Shown: piece after piece, positions 25,465 through 37,712 of the stretch
How the letters are laid out: each line of letters opens with the position of its first letter
Numbering within the stretch: the stretch's first letter is position 1
Assembly (NCBI GenBank): GCA_013265495.1
Contig: MU058844.1
Location: forward strand, 502,941-566,940
Direction: 5' to 3'
Length of the DNA stretch: 64,000 bases
Origin: Vicugna vicugna
Taxonomy: Eukaryota
Notes under the pieces: model-generated
The model's database searches: none
What the model saw: only the letters and a program-made list of their open reading frames with translations
Told to the model about the DNA's origin: nothing
Position numbers and translations under genes: made by a program

Positions 25465-25621
25465 TTACGTAATGTCCCAGAAATAATTGCAGTAGTTCTA
25501 TTGGGATAACGTGGTAAGACTGATTTTCTTGCAATACCCTCTCTTTCCTGTTCATTCCACCTAATAAATTCCTGTGTGTGAATCACATCGTATCTTCAGG
25601 AACTTGCCCCGTATGACGTCA
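25465..25621. promoter_or_regulatory. Candidate enhancer with palindromic bZIP sites
   Basis: TTACGTAA (PAR-bZIP/NFIL3-type) at 25465-25472 and TGACGTCA (CRE) at 25614-25621 in non-repeat sequence; motif evidence only. Confidence 0.3.
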
Positions 25622-25899
25622 GCCTGCAATTAGCTCTCTTGCCCCCACATTCCTTTGCAGCACTTTGAGGTTGATTATAGACTGCCTTGAATATGTTGAC
25701 TTTCATATTCTTTGAGTCCCAAGACATCACTTATTTACCTGCTGGTGTTTTTTTTTGTTTGTTTTTTTGTTTGCAGTTTCAGGTTTCTAGCCTTTACTTT
25801 TATATGCTGGTCACCTGCACTGTTGCAGGAGACAGCAAGAATTACATGCTACCTGCCCTTATGACTATTTATTGAGTATTTACTGTGTGCCAAGTATGT

Positions 25900-26300
25900 G
25901 GTCCAGCCCACTCTGCATCCTTGGCTCCCTCTTGCCCTCACTCACTCATTTCCAACCATAGAGACTTATTCCCATCTCAGGGCCTTTCCACTTGTCTTCT
26001 GGCTGCCTGGTTCCCCTAGAACCTCCCACAATTCCATTTCCTTAATCTCACATCCTCCAAGACACCTCCTCTGACCAGTCTCTCACACATTTGCTCACTA
26101 TCTCATTATCCTTTACTTTGTATAGATCACATACTATTATCTAAAATCAACTTGTTTGTTTAGTTGTTTATGGTCTATTTCTCCCAGTTTTGGACGTGAA
26201 CTTCATGAAGTCAGCATTGTCTTTTTTTCTGCTGTAACTTGTGCACACAACACGGTGCCTGGCTTTCAACAGGTGCTCTACCTTTCGAATCAGTGAATCA
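25900..26300 (+). mobile_element. L2 3' end
   Basis: 'ccatctcagggcctttccacttg', 'ttgtttatggtctatttctccc...gtgaacttcatgaag...cacggtgcctggc'. Confidence 0.75.
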
Positions 26301-28500
26301 CCTGCTCAGGCAAATAGGCACCTGCTCTGCTTAGTTTTTGTGGAGAAGACAGGCAGTAAATACCTACTTGTAATGAACATATCAAGTGAAACAATGCATG
26401 AAGAAGTACAGTAAGTTATAATGGGGAGTAAATTGAGTCATTGGATTCAGTAAAAGAGCCCCCTGAACCCAGTGAAATATAAGTAGAGACAGGAAGGGCT
26501 TCACAACTTCTTTTAGACACTGCTGAACGCATCCCGGTTTTCTTGCACTTTATGCTGCCCTGAAGCTCCTTCAGTTTTGACTCCTAAGACAAACCTTTGT
26601 CTTAGAGTGAGGAACTAATGGACCTTTCTAGCTGTTTTAAGGCACTTGGCACTTTTAAGATACACAAACAGTATTTTAGTACATAATGAATAACAATCAT
26701 CACACTTATTAATGGAATTCAGCATTACCACTGTTCATGCATTCATTTAACTACCACAAACATTAAGCTGATGCTACCATATACTTAACAAATATCCTTA
26801 CTCTGTCACCTCGTTTACACAGAGGCAGTTAACCTTCCTGCTGTTTGCGGTTGTTTATTCCATCACTAAAGCACTGATGTGTTAGGACTTAACTGGAGAG
26901 AGTTTTTCTCCCCTACCTAGCACACTCTGGTATGCATTCGTGAGTTGCTACACCGATGATCTATTTTTCAAAAAGAGTGCTTTTGGATATTATTACCTTG
27001 ATCTTGCTTTTGATATCAAACGTGTGACTGCTACATGGCTGATGGAAAAATGTTTCATTGCTAGGAGCAGAGCCACATGAACACTTAATCACAGCTTTCC
27101 CTTTCCCTGCTTTATTACCCACCGTAACCGTAACTATCTCCCCATATATTTATTTCATTGCTGCAAAAATGGATGTTTATTGATTCAGTGGCTAGTGAGA
27201 GCTTATTTCTACAGTCAACTGAAAAGGTCTTTGTGTTTGCGGAATCAAATTATAATTTCAACTGGTTTCTAAATCTCTTTAGCAGAAAAAAATGCGTATG
27301 TGATCAGAATGTACAAATGTGTAATTAGACTGGAGGATGAGACTCCATTATTCCAAAGCTGCAGCCAGGCGCCAGAGGATGAGAATTGTAGAAGGAATGG
27401 GTACTGTCGGAATCCTGTCTTCTAGCTTTCTTTATGTCTGTGTGACCTTGGACAAATCCTAACTCTGTACCCTGTAATTTCTTCCCCTGTGAAATCACGA
27501 GATTGGGTCTGTGGGCTCCCTCTGGAAGGCAGCCAGAGGGTTTACTGACAACATGCTGAAATGTCTTGCTACGTAAAACTTCTGTTTTGTAGTGTTGCTA
27601 GGAGCTCATTGGGGGAGGGTGATTTTGTGGCCTCTGGTTGCCTCTTCTAGCTTTTGACGTCTTTGAAAGCAAATGGATAGGGTGGGGAATAGAAAATTGT
27701 GCTTACTGTGTAAATAGTTAATAATGCTATCAATTTCTACCTCATTGCCATATAATGGAGATAGGACGCTCATTATTCAGAGACATGCAAATGTTGCAAT
27801 TTTAGTCTTTACATGCAGCCTCTTAATCACCATGCCACTCACACTATGTAATTTGCTCTGTGAACTTGGGCACATAAAAAACGTCACCCTAATCACCACC
27901 AGTCATGGCACCACTGAAGACAGAACCAGAATAATAGGTATTTGAAAGGGGACATGCTGAGGACTGCCCTGCTGCAAGGCAAAAACAGGGTGCCAAACAC
28001 AGTGGCTCTGGCTATCAGAGCAACTGGCTGGAAATGGACACAGCTGTCCCCCCCAACTGGGGCAAAGTTTGAACGTAGCCCTGCACGACCTGTCTTGAAA
28101 TTGGGCTAGCAGGGTTGGAAATGAGGGCTCTCTGTGGCCTTGAAGAATGCTGTCAGATCTGACCTTCCACTGCATCACTCACTTTTACTACAACAGAAAT
28201 ACAGACTTTTAGGCATTTCTTTGGCTTAGATACTTGCTGTCCAATGTGGCAGCCACTGGCCATATGTGACTGGTGAGCACTTGAAATGTGGCTAGTGCAA
28301 ATGAGATGAGCTGTAAGTGTAAAATACATAGGGGATTTCAAAGACTTTGTATGAAAAAAATGAATGCGAAATAGCTCATTAATAATTTTATATTGATTAC
28401 ATGTCCTTGAAATGTTGACATTTTAGGTATATTGAGTTGAACAAAATGCCACATTCAAATTAATTTCTTTTGTTTCTTTAAAAAAATTTCTTTTTATGCC

Positions 28501-28550
28501 TTTTTTTTCTTTATTGAAGTACTGTTGATTTACAATGATATTTTTAGTTT
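28501..28550 (-). mobile_element. Very short L1 3'-terminal fragment
   Basis: T-tract followed by 'ttattgaagtactgttgatttacaat...ttagttt', resembling the artiodactyl L1 3' terminus in reverse. Confidence 0.7.
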
Positions 28551-28640
28551 TTTTTTTTTTAATGGAGATACTGGGGATTGAACCCAGGACCTTGTGCATG
28601 CTAATCATGCGCTCTACCACTGAGCTCTACCCACCTCACC
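28548..28640 (-). mobile_element. Camelid tRNA-derived SINE (vic-1 type, short tail)
   Basis: 'aatggagatactggggattgaacccaggaccttgtgcatgctaatcatgcgctctaccactgagct'. Confidence 0.9.
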
Positions 28641-29129
28641 TCTTTTGTTTCTTTTATTCCTTTTTACTTTTATAATGTGACTACTTAGAAAATGTAAAGT
28701 TACATATATCTCTCACATTTAATTTTATTGGACACTAGCCTAGAGAAGTCAGGTGCTTGTCTTCTCTAGTTGCTGTAGTTTTACCTTGTGTTTCTTGCTT
28801 GCTTTACAAACTCAAGTTCCTTTAAAGATACTTTACATTGATACAAGGAGCCTGCATTACTATTTGGGTGCAGAGTTCCTCCTACCAGCCTGCTCACCAT
28901 TCTGCCTGCCAGCTTTCTGCCATAACTCCTGGTGCAGACAGCTTGGGTAAAACGTGTTCCTCTGGTTGCAAAGAAAGCCTTGTTTTCAAGGGCACTTATG
29001 TCAGAGTTTTAGATGAACTGTGGTGAATATGGGAGTGGAAACCTGACACAGGTTTAACCTTCTGATGGGGTTTGGGTTTTGTCCCAGAAAAACCATGGTT
29101 GTGAAAAACCACAGCATATCAAGGGGACA

Positions 29130-29350
29130 GTACATGGCATAAAGAGAAGCAGGAGTCCCGAACTGATGTAAGAAGACATGGATTCAAATCCCTGGTCACC
29201 CATGAAGTAGTTACGTTTGATTTGGAGAGATCATTGTATTTAAGCCTCAGTTTCTCCTTCTGTCAGATGCCTGTAAGATGAACTCAACAATGCTTACTTC
29301 AGAGGATTGCTGAAATATCAAATGAGATCATGTATAAGAAAATACTTGTG
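29130..29350 (+). mobile_element. MIR SINE
   Basis: 'gaagacatggattcaaatccc...aagcctcagtttctcc...cagaggattgctgaaatatcaaatgagat'. Confidence 0.7.
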
Positions 29351-29369
29351 ACTTGAGGAGCCCTGTTTA

Positions 29370-29600
29370 TGGTGGCAAACTTATGGCACTGTAAGTGCAG
29401 ATCCTGGGGGCAGATGATTTTGTTTGTCCAGAAAAGTATGTTTTGTTTAGTTGAATTGGATCTCCCTCAGGGCAGGGGGTGGTGTGGGGTGGGGTGTGTG
29501 ACACTCTTCCATATCTCACAGACTTTACCATTCTTATCTTAATTCAGCTGATTTGTGTCAGCTGCCTGGCTGCTGAAGATGGATGTGTTTGTGTACCTTG
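29370..29600 (+). mobile_element. MER102-like remnant
   Basis: 'ggtggcaaacttatgg...tgattttgtttgtcca...gctgcctggctgctgaagatggatgtgtttg'. Confidence 0.45.
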
Positions 29601-31039
29601 TAACATGGTACACAACCATGCCTGACTTGCTGGCTGGTGTGGTTCCTGTCTCTGAGAACTCATGATAAACACTTAAGTTACAGCATAATGAGGACTGGAT
29701 AAACAGATGTTTACCAAGGACCTGATCACTGTTCAAAGTTCCAGGGATAAAAATTAGAGGAACAAATCAGCTGTGGGTACAACAAAAAGGACAGACAACT
29801 GACTATGCTTTGGGGAAGGATATTTAAGAGGAGGTGGGTCATAGGAGGAAGAAAACTAACATTTTGAGCCAAGACTGGACCGTATGCAAGCTTAAGCACT
29901 TGCCGTGAGCCATCTCATTTACTTCTCCAAACAGCCGTTAGAGGTGGGTTTCTTATCTTCATTTTCAGATAAGGATGGCCCAGGGTCACACACAATGGAC
30001 AGAGCCAGGTTTTGAACCAGGTTCTTCTGAGTAGGCCCAAGACCACAGTGGGTCTACTGTGCTTCCCCTCAGGAATTAATGAAAGGATGATTCATAGCAA
30101 TTGTTTTATTTCTGTTTGCTAGGCCTCTCTCCCACCCCCTATTCACCCCTTTCCAAGAGAGTTGTTTAACTTCAAATTCATTTATTTATTAAAATTTCAA
30201 CAACTTACTTCTGAAAGCATACAAAATTGCAAAATAACTATTGATATTTCAACAAAGATACCAGATATGTTAAATGGCAAGATAAAGGTACTAATAGTTT
30301 TTGTTCTGTTGTAAACTCATCATGAAATCATAAGTTGCACATCCAGGAAATGTACCAACAGTGCTTTCTTCTATGGTCTGTGTATTTCATTTGGTCTCCT
30401 GTGAGTATCTCTTCCATTATGGTGATTGGCTTAGGATCCAGGGGTGTTTAGAAAACAGCCCTTGGAATTCACAAGCATCACTACCTCTTCTAAGGGGAGA
30501 GGGAACACAAATGTCAAAGAGGCATGAAAAAGTCACATGCTAAATCCATCTTCCTGAGTTTGTTCACCCTCTAATGAGAATCTAAAGCAAATGTCCCGGC
30601 CTGACATCCTGTCCTATCTTTCTTTCCGCCTGGAGGGGATGTTTGTGGACAGTCAAGTTTGTTGTCTAGGGAATCTGACCTGCCTGCAGTGTACTCTGAT
30701 CCCAGCAGTGATTAGGGGTGGTTGATCATAAAAGCCGGGGAGCTCTGGTTCTTGTCTGTAGTAGCCTTTAGCATTGATTCCTTAGCAATAAACAACTGTG
30801 CCCCACCCTAGACTGGTGAGTTGCCTATTCCAACCAAAAGGCTTTTGCCCCAGCCTGCTTTTGAATTGGCTCTTCAAGTGGGCAAAGGTCAGGGAGGAAG
30901 AGTTACTGAACGATGGAGGAGCTAAGGGCAATGGCTTTGGTTATGAGCTTTCTGTGTTCCATGAGACAATGGCCTTCATCAGCCTGTGTTTGACTTTCTT
31001 CTGCTACAAGTTGAGGTAAAGGTCACCATGGGCTCATTT

Positions 31040-31440
31040 GGAGCCCTGGCTCTGGAATCTGACACACCTAAGTTTGAACCCTTACCCTGCTACATTCTGG
31101 GTGGGTCACCTGGCATAGGTTGACTTAATTGTCTAAACTCCTTTTCCTCATATGTAAAAATGTGTAATAACAAGAAAGATGTGAAATTTTAATAATAATA
31201 GCAAGCACTTCTGTTGCTTTAAGTGCTATGCACTGTTCTCTGTGTTTTACATATACTAACTTAATTAATCTTACAACAGTTATTGTTATGAGGTTGGTAC
31301 AATTATTATCCCCATTTTACAGATGAGGAAACGGAGACAGGGAGAGGTTAAGAAACTTCCCAACGTTCCATAGCTAGTAATTGCATACCTGAGATATCAA
31401 AGCAGCCAAAGTCCAGAGCCCATTCCTAAGCACTGGGTTA
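31040..31440. mobile_element. Two MIRs (plus ~31040-31170, minus ~31190-31440)
   Basis: 'ggctctggaatctgacacacct' and 'attatccccattttacagatgaggaaacggagacagggagaggttaagaaacttccc'. Confidence 0.85.
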
Positions 31441-32439
31441 TGCGTAGATATTAAACACATGCAAATCCAGAACACAGTAGATGGTCCATAAGTTCTGTCT
31501 GTTAATCCAATTATTATTTCTAATGGTCTTTGTTTTCATGGCTTCCAAGAGGCACTTTAAAAGTGGAGTGAACCTTGAGGCATTTTTGTGAAATGATGAC
31601 CTTTTTTTTTTTCATAATTTTGAGTTTGAATGGTATCTGAATTCATTCCCTCCGTCGTTTAACTCTAACTTATTAAACCTTAATATTCATCATATTTTGC
31701 AGTTCACATTTTACGTTGTACTTACTGATGAATACTAGCATCTTCTCATGGGTTCTTATAAGCTAAAGTGAGTTAATGTGTGTAAAGTACTTAGACAAGT
31801 GCTTGGCACTGAGTATGTGCTATACAAGGGGAGGGTATTTGGAGGGCCTTGCCCAAGGCATGAATGTGATTTCACCTGATCCTCCACTTTGATCTTTCCT
31901 TGTGAGGATGCATCTGTCCCCAGGTCATCTAGGACAAATTGAGACAGGGTGCAATTTTACATTGTGTTGCCAGCTGCCAGGGCAGGAGCTCCTCGAGGCT
32001 GGAGATCTAGCTGGATTTCTCCTTCATGGCCAAGGCCCACCACAATAACTGGTCCACCAAAAACAAGCATGAACTTAGGAAGAAGCTGAATTACATTTCT
32101 TTGTACCAAACTCCAATACGGAATAAGGCAAAAAGAAACAAGAGGAACATGTCTTCATTTCCCAAACTTGCTATTCTACCTTTTAGGCCCTAGATTTAAA
32201 TTATTATTTTATGACAGAAGAAGTTAATTACACCCTTCAGGTGTCCCAACAGTTAAGCCAACCTTATCTTATGCAAATTGTCAGACCTGGGAAGAATATC
32301 ACATTACACAGAAGACAGGGCTAAAGGACTGCAGGTACAATAGGGAAAAGACTGGTTTTTTGCTCATATTGTTTCTGTAACTATGCAGATTCTCTGTGTA
32401 CAATTTCTTTGTATGCATACATATTTATATATTTTATAT

Positions 32440-32670
32440 AGTATTCATTGAGATTGTACTATGGACCAGGCATTGTTTAAAAAGCCTTATATGTATTAAC
32501 TCATTTAATCCTCATGATAGCCCCATTAGGTAGGTTCTTTTATGGTCCCCATTTTAGGGATAAGGACACTGTGGCACAGAGAGGTGAGGCAGGCCACCCA
32601 AAGAAACACAGCTGGTAGATGGTGGAGGTAGGATTTGAACCCAGGAATCTGGCTCTGGTATCTTACACAT
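32440..32670 (-). mobile_element. MIR SINE
   Basis: 'tattaactcatttaatcctcat...ccccattttagggataaggacactgtggcacagagaggt...ggatttgaacccagg'. Confidence 0.85.
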
Positions 32671-33096
32671 CACACTAACAGCTGATTCCTTATTTTGATC
32701 ATTTCTTGATTACTTTCTATATAATTCTTTCTAATATGTAATTAACCTAGAAAACACTATGTTAGTTATATCAAATTAACATATCATAGAGACTTCAGAG
32801 GGTCTGCAACTCCCCTACCCAGAGAGCTCCCTGAGGCTACCCCTCCTGGGTGGTCAGCAACTGCTTTGCCCCCTGTGAACATTCTCTTTAATGGCAAAGG
32901 GCTCAGAGAAGTGTGATTTCCTGAGACAAAGTGACAAACTCTGCTGCTTTAGTGAGGTGGACTTTACCGTAGAGGAAGCACTCTTCCAAATGGTTCGTCA
33001 GAGGAATCTCCCTTCATCTGCTGCTCCCATATCTGCCCCAAGGACCTGGCCAGGGAAGTGAACCATCTGCAAACCTGACATTTCCACTCTCCCCTG

Positions 33097-33304
33097 GTCT
33101 TAGTCAAGGGCTGCTATCACAAAATACCACATACTGTGTGGCTTATACACTAACATTCATTTCTCACAGTTCAGGAAGCTGGGAAGTTTAAGATCAGGGT
33201 GCTAGCAAATTTAGGGCCACTTCTTCAAATACCATCACATTGGGGGTTACATTCATAAAATCAACATATGAATTTGGGGGAACACAAACATTCAGTCTGT
33301 AACA
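33097..33304 (-). mobile_element. MaLR LTR, MLT1A-like, internally deleted
   Basis: 'gggctgctatcacaaaataccac...atttctcacagttc' joined to 'aataccatcacattggggg...tcaacatatgaatttggggg'. Confidence 0.85.
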
Positions 33305-34499
33305 CTTTTCCTCTTTCCTGCAGACAGTGGCTCACAGAGCTGTTGATTCCAGTGCAAAGTGAGGCATTGAGGAGATACTCAATAGATATTTGTTGAAACG
33401 GAAGATGGTGAATGGTGCCCTGGTGTCGAAAATCTCAGAGGTCTTGGGCTTTCCTTTCTGTCCAGAAGAGGGACTGGAGAATATACTAAAGCTGCCAAAG
33501 CATCCAGGAGAAGGAGTAGTGGTAGGTGTCAGAGTCACCTTGGTGGTGTCAGGTGAAACAACTTCTCTTTAGGATAAATAGAGGGAAGAGATGGGTGTCA
33601 GAGTGAGGAAGTCCCAAGTTTGTGTCTGTGCAGCCTGGGCAGGTCAGGTAACCCTCTCCTTGCTTTTCTGTAAAGGGGATGATACTAACCTCATGGATGT
33701 GAGGGGAGGAGGCGGTGGAGCAGCATTTATAAATCACCAGTGCACTTGGAGGAAGTGCCAGAAAAGGTTTCCCCTTCTTAAATAAATGCTTTATCTGTGC
33801 CAAATGAAGCCTTCACTGGGATGTGGGCAATCAGGAGAGCAGATATGGGAGTGCTACGTGCACATGAATCACAGGCTCATAGAAGCTAATGTTAGTAGAT
33901 GACCTAAAAGGAATATGTCATGGGAACCAAATAAATTGTTTATACCTGGGAGGCCACCCACAAAGTCTGAGATTACCAATTAGCCTGACCATGAGCTCTT
34001 GGGTATCACTTGTGGGGAAGGAGGGAGAGATATGAAGGAGAACACTACAGGTGAAATTTACGTGTAGCCCTTATAGCCCTCAAAATCCCTATCCCTCAGA
34101 AACTTTAAAGGGGCTGGGAGTACTAGATTAAAAAAAACCCCACAAACAAACAACTTACTGAAAGAGGCAGACTAGACACTCTGCAAGAAAGAGGAGGGTA
34201 AAACTAAGCAAGCATCAGGAAGAAGGGGAATTTGATTCACTAAAATGGGAGCAGAAAGTACCCACCTGCTTAGCTTTGTGAGCAACAAGTAAGCTTCTAG
34301 GTCCTCTGTGCCACCTGACTCGCATTGATCACTTACCTCGGAGGTCCAGCTGCCTTTCTCCACCACCAGCTTTGATAGCGGGTTAGCTACTTACTTCCTC
34401 TGTTCACCCCAGTTCTCATCACAAGGCCCAGCTCTTGACCCAGGTTCTCAGGGACCTCAGGGCAATGGTTAGAAAGGCTGTTGATTTCTCTTCTTCATA

Positions 34500-34735
34500 A
34501 GTAGTGTCTAAAAACATGGGCTCCAGAATCAGACTTATCTGTGTTTGTGTCCAGGGTCCGTTACTTATTGGTCATCTGACCTTGGATATGTTTCTTAACC
34601 CCCTCCTCTGTAAAATGGGCATGATAATAGGATCTACTTCATCTGGTTGAGTGAATTAAGTGACACAATACAAGTGAAACACCTACAACAGTGCCTGGAA
34701 AATAATGACTACTCAGAGAGAACAGCTATCATCAT
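34500..34735 (+). mobile_element. MIR SINE
   Basis: 'catgggctccagaatcagac...tgaccttgg...ctgtaaaatgggcatgataatag...acagtgcctgg'. Confidence 0.85.
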
Positions 34736-35062
34736 TCTTAATAATGGTAGTTTTACAGCCTGGCAAAACCCAGTCATCGTTCATTCTGTTTCCTCTCTGA
34801 TCCTGATGGGTGTGGGCTAATGGAGAGAACAAGACCAACAGGCGGCTCTGTCACTAATTGACTGTGCAACCTTGTGCAAGCCTGTGACCACTCTGAATCT
34901 GACCTTCCTCTTCTCTAAAATAAGGACAGTGATCATGCTCCCCCTCACTAGGCTGCCCATGTGCTGGGAGGTGCACAAGGGACAATGCCATCAAAGTGCA
35001 GTGAGCCTACACTGGGGAGGGAGATGTAAGATGATATCATCCCTGATGGCCCTGAAGTCCCA

Positions 35063-35228
35063 CAGTGGTTCTGCGTGTGTGGTCCATGGCACCTCCTGTT
35101 AGAAATGCAAATTCACAGGCCCCACCCTAGACCTTGTAAAACCAGAAACTGTGGGGGTGGGGCAGGTGATCAGTGTTCAGCCAATGTTCCAGGTGATTCT
35201 GTTGCATCTTCAGGTTTGGGAACTACTG
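35063..35228 (+). mobile_element. MER5A hAT-Charlie MITE
   Basis: 'cagtggttct...tgttagaaatgcaaattcacaggccccaccctagacc...ccaggtgattctg...gtttgggaactactg'. Confidence 0.85.
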
Positions 35229-35396
35229 TGTGTTTTATGGTCACCCAAAGAAAGGTGGAGATGAGATGTCCACAAGGAATCAGCTTTATACTGAATCATT
35301 CTTAACTCTGGAGATACTTAGAAATAGTAAAATGGTCTCCCCGACTCCTCTGTTCTTACGCAGAAAGATATTCAAATATATTTTAAATTTGTCTAT

Positions 35397-35770
35397 TGTT
35401 ATGGGCTGAATTGTGTCCCACTAGAATTCGTATGCTGAAGTCCTAACCTCAGTACCTCAGGATGTGACTGTATTTAAAGAGGTAATTAAGGTAATATGAA
35501 GTCATGTGGGTGGGTCCTAATCCAATATGACTGGTGTCCTTGTAAGAAGAAATCTGGATACAGACAGGTACAGAGGGAAGACCATGTGAAGACACCGAGG
35601 GAAGGCAAGGCAGCTACCTCTAAGCCAAAGAGGGGCCTCAGAAGAAAACAACCCTGCCTACACCTTGACCTTGGAATGTCTGACCTCCAGATTTCTGAGA
35701 TGATACATTTCTGTTGTTTAAGCCACCCAGTCTGTGGTGTTTGTTATGGCAGCCCCGGCAGACTAAGAAA
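35397..35770 (+). mobile_element. MaLR LTR, MLT1B-like
   Basis: 'tgttatgggctgaattgtgtccc...gggtcctaatccaatatgactggtgtcctt...tttaagccacccagtctgtggt'. Confidence 0.92.
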
Positions 35771-37279
35771 GCCTACAGCCAAGGTGGAGCCCTCAGCAGA
35801 GTGAGCTCTGCATAGCTGAGGCTGGAAGGTGCAGGCAAGGACCCGAGTGCAGGTGTGAGGGGACTGCCAGGGGAAAGCCATTTTTAGATGCCTCTCTTGT
35901 TGAAAACAAAGTAGGTGGGGTGCTTGCTCACTTTAGAAAGAATTTTTTACTTTACAAGTAAGTGACTCACTTGTCACAAGAGATTGATTAGAAACAATGA
36001 TAAAAACACTATGGGATCAGGATGAAAGTCAGCAGAAAAGTATTATTTGTTTTACAAACAACTCGTTCGCATATGACTTTTTAGGGATGTATTTCCCTCA
36101 GGAAGGCAGATGCCAGGGACCATGTACAAGGGATTAGATAGAGACTCTGGAAGAAGTCGGCTGCAAACCAGGGAGTGAGAATATTGCACTTATACCTGAG
36201 AGATGTGCAGGACCTTGATAGTGCCTTGATTATTTGCTAAGTGGGTTTACTCCTCCTACCTTCGAGTTTTACCTGCCTTAAATTAAAAAAAAATTTTTCC
36301 CCTGGATATTTAGACTTAGAAGTCTGGCCAAGTTTTACATGGGTTTGGTAAACCTGGGGCTTGGTGGGTGGGTAATACCAAGGGATTTGAGGGAGCACCT
36401 AAAATGGGTTCTGTCACCTAGTCACTGTCTCTAGGGTGTGGCCACGATGTCCCACCAGACAGGTAGGTGTACATACAAGCTTGCTTTCACAAGGCTTTCT
36501 CTGAAGTCATTATCCTAAGGTTGACATTTGACAGGTCAACATTTTATCTGTCTGATTTTAGAAACTGTAAGCCTTTTCTCAAGACCTCCTACCTTTATAT
36601 TTTTTTAAAATGTCATTTTAAATGGTCATACTATAACTAGACAGAAGGCTGACCTCCCTTATTTAAATGAAGAGCCACTTTTTAAACATTTAATGGAAAT
36701 GCAGAAGTTCTAATGATTTCTTTCTTCCATTAAATAATCCTTCCACGGAGTCTCCAGCATGGGCAAAGCATGATGAATGCATGATCACAACAGCAACTTG
36801 ACCTTTGGGCTCTGCTCCAAGGACATAGCCAATCATAGACCATTTGTCTGTCATAAAACTTTCTTTCTCCATCCATTCTGTCCTTTGGCATTCATTAAAA
36901 AACTGATATGCCGTAGTCACAAGCAATAAATTGAGTAGGCTGGCTTGCATGAAATGCATTTCCTTTTGCAGTCACTGGTGTTTGGGGAAGGTATTGTCAG
37001 TGCTGGGTAGGGGCAGAGAGAAGAGTGGGTAACTGGAATGAAATTCGCTACTGGGTTGCTTTTGATTTGGGGCTGATAAGCTGGGAATAGTCGTACTGAG
37101 TATAAGATGCTGCACTGTCTTGGCAGTGACATGAAGGCTTACTTCTGGGCAAAAAGTTCTGTGGTTCAGCACTTTTTTTCTTTCTTCTCAATACCTGACT
37201 CTTTTTTTAGGAAGTAGCCTTACTGTCTCTTGCATCTAAACATTTTTCCAGTGAGAGATGAGAATATGTGATTTACACT

Positions 37280-37712
37280 TGCAGTAGGCATGGCGGGTGC
37301 TGCCCAGATTCCCCCACTTCAAGACTGCAGCTGGCAGTTGTAATTGGCTGACAGCTTGTACCTGCGTCCTCTTGCTCCCCACAACCCTGGTAAAGAGAAG
37401 CCACCATGTTCAAGGTCATGCCTCTTTCCTAGGAACAGCCAGAATTCAATGATGGGCCGACGTGGGGGTTGAAAGGTCCAGCCCCCTTCCTTATTTTGGG
37501 ACATCTCTGCAGGGCCACCCCAGCTCCAGAATCCCCCATGAGATCAACAGAGACCTCTGCTGTGACTGCATTGCAGCTCAGCTTCTCCTTCTGCCTGAAT
37601 CGACAGCTTTTGTTTCCATACAGGTGTCGATGCCAAGATCATTCCCTAACAAACCTCCTGCGTGCAGTTCTCCGTCTCTGAGCCTGTTTCCCAGGGAAAC
37701 TGACCTGCAGCA
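37280..37712 (+). mobile_element. ERVL LTR, LTR16A-like
   Basis: 'gggtgctgcccagattcccc...ggctgacagct...ggccaccccagctccagaatccccca...ctctgagcctgtttcccagggaaactgacct'. Confidence 0.8.

Larger units (their letters stand above)
28236..28735 (+). mobile_element. MER33-like hAT-Charlie MITE, interrupted by a SINE/L1 insertion
   Basis: 'gctgtccaatgtggcagccactggccatatgtgact...gagcacttgaaatgtggctagt...' ending in 'tattggaca'. Confidence 0.85.
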
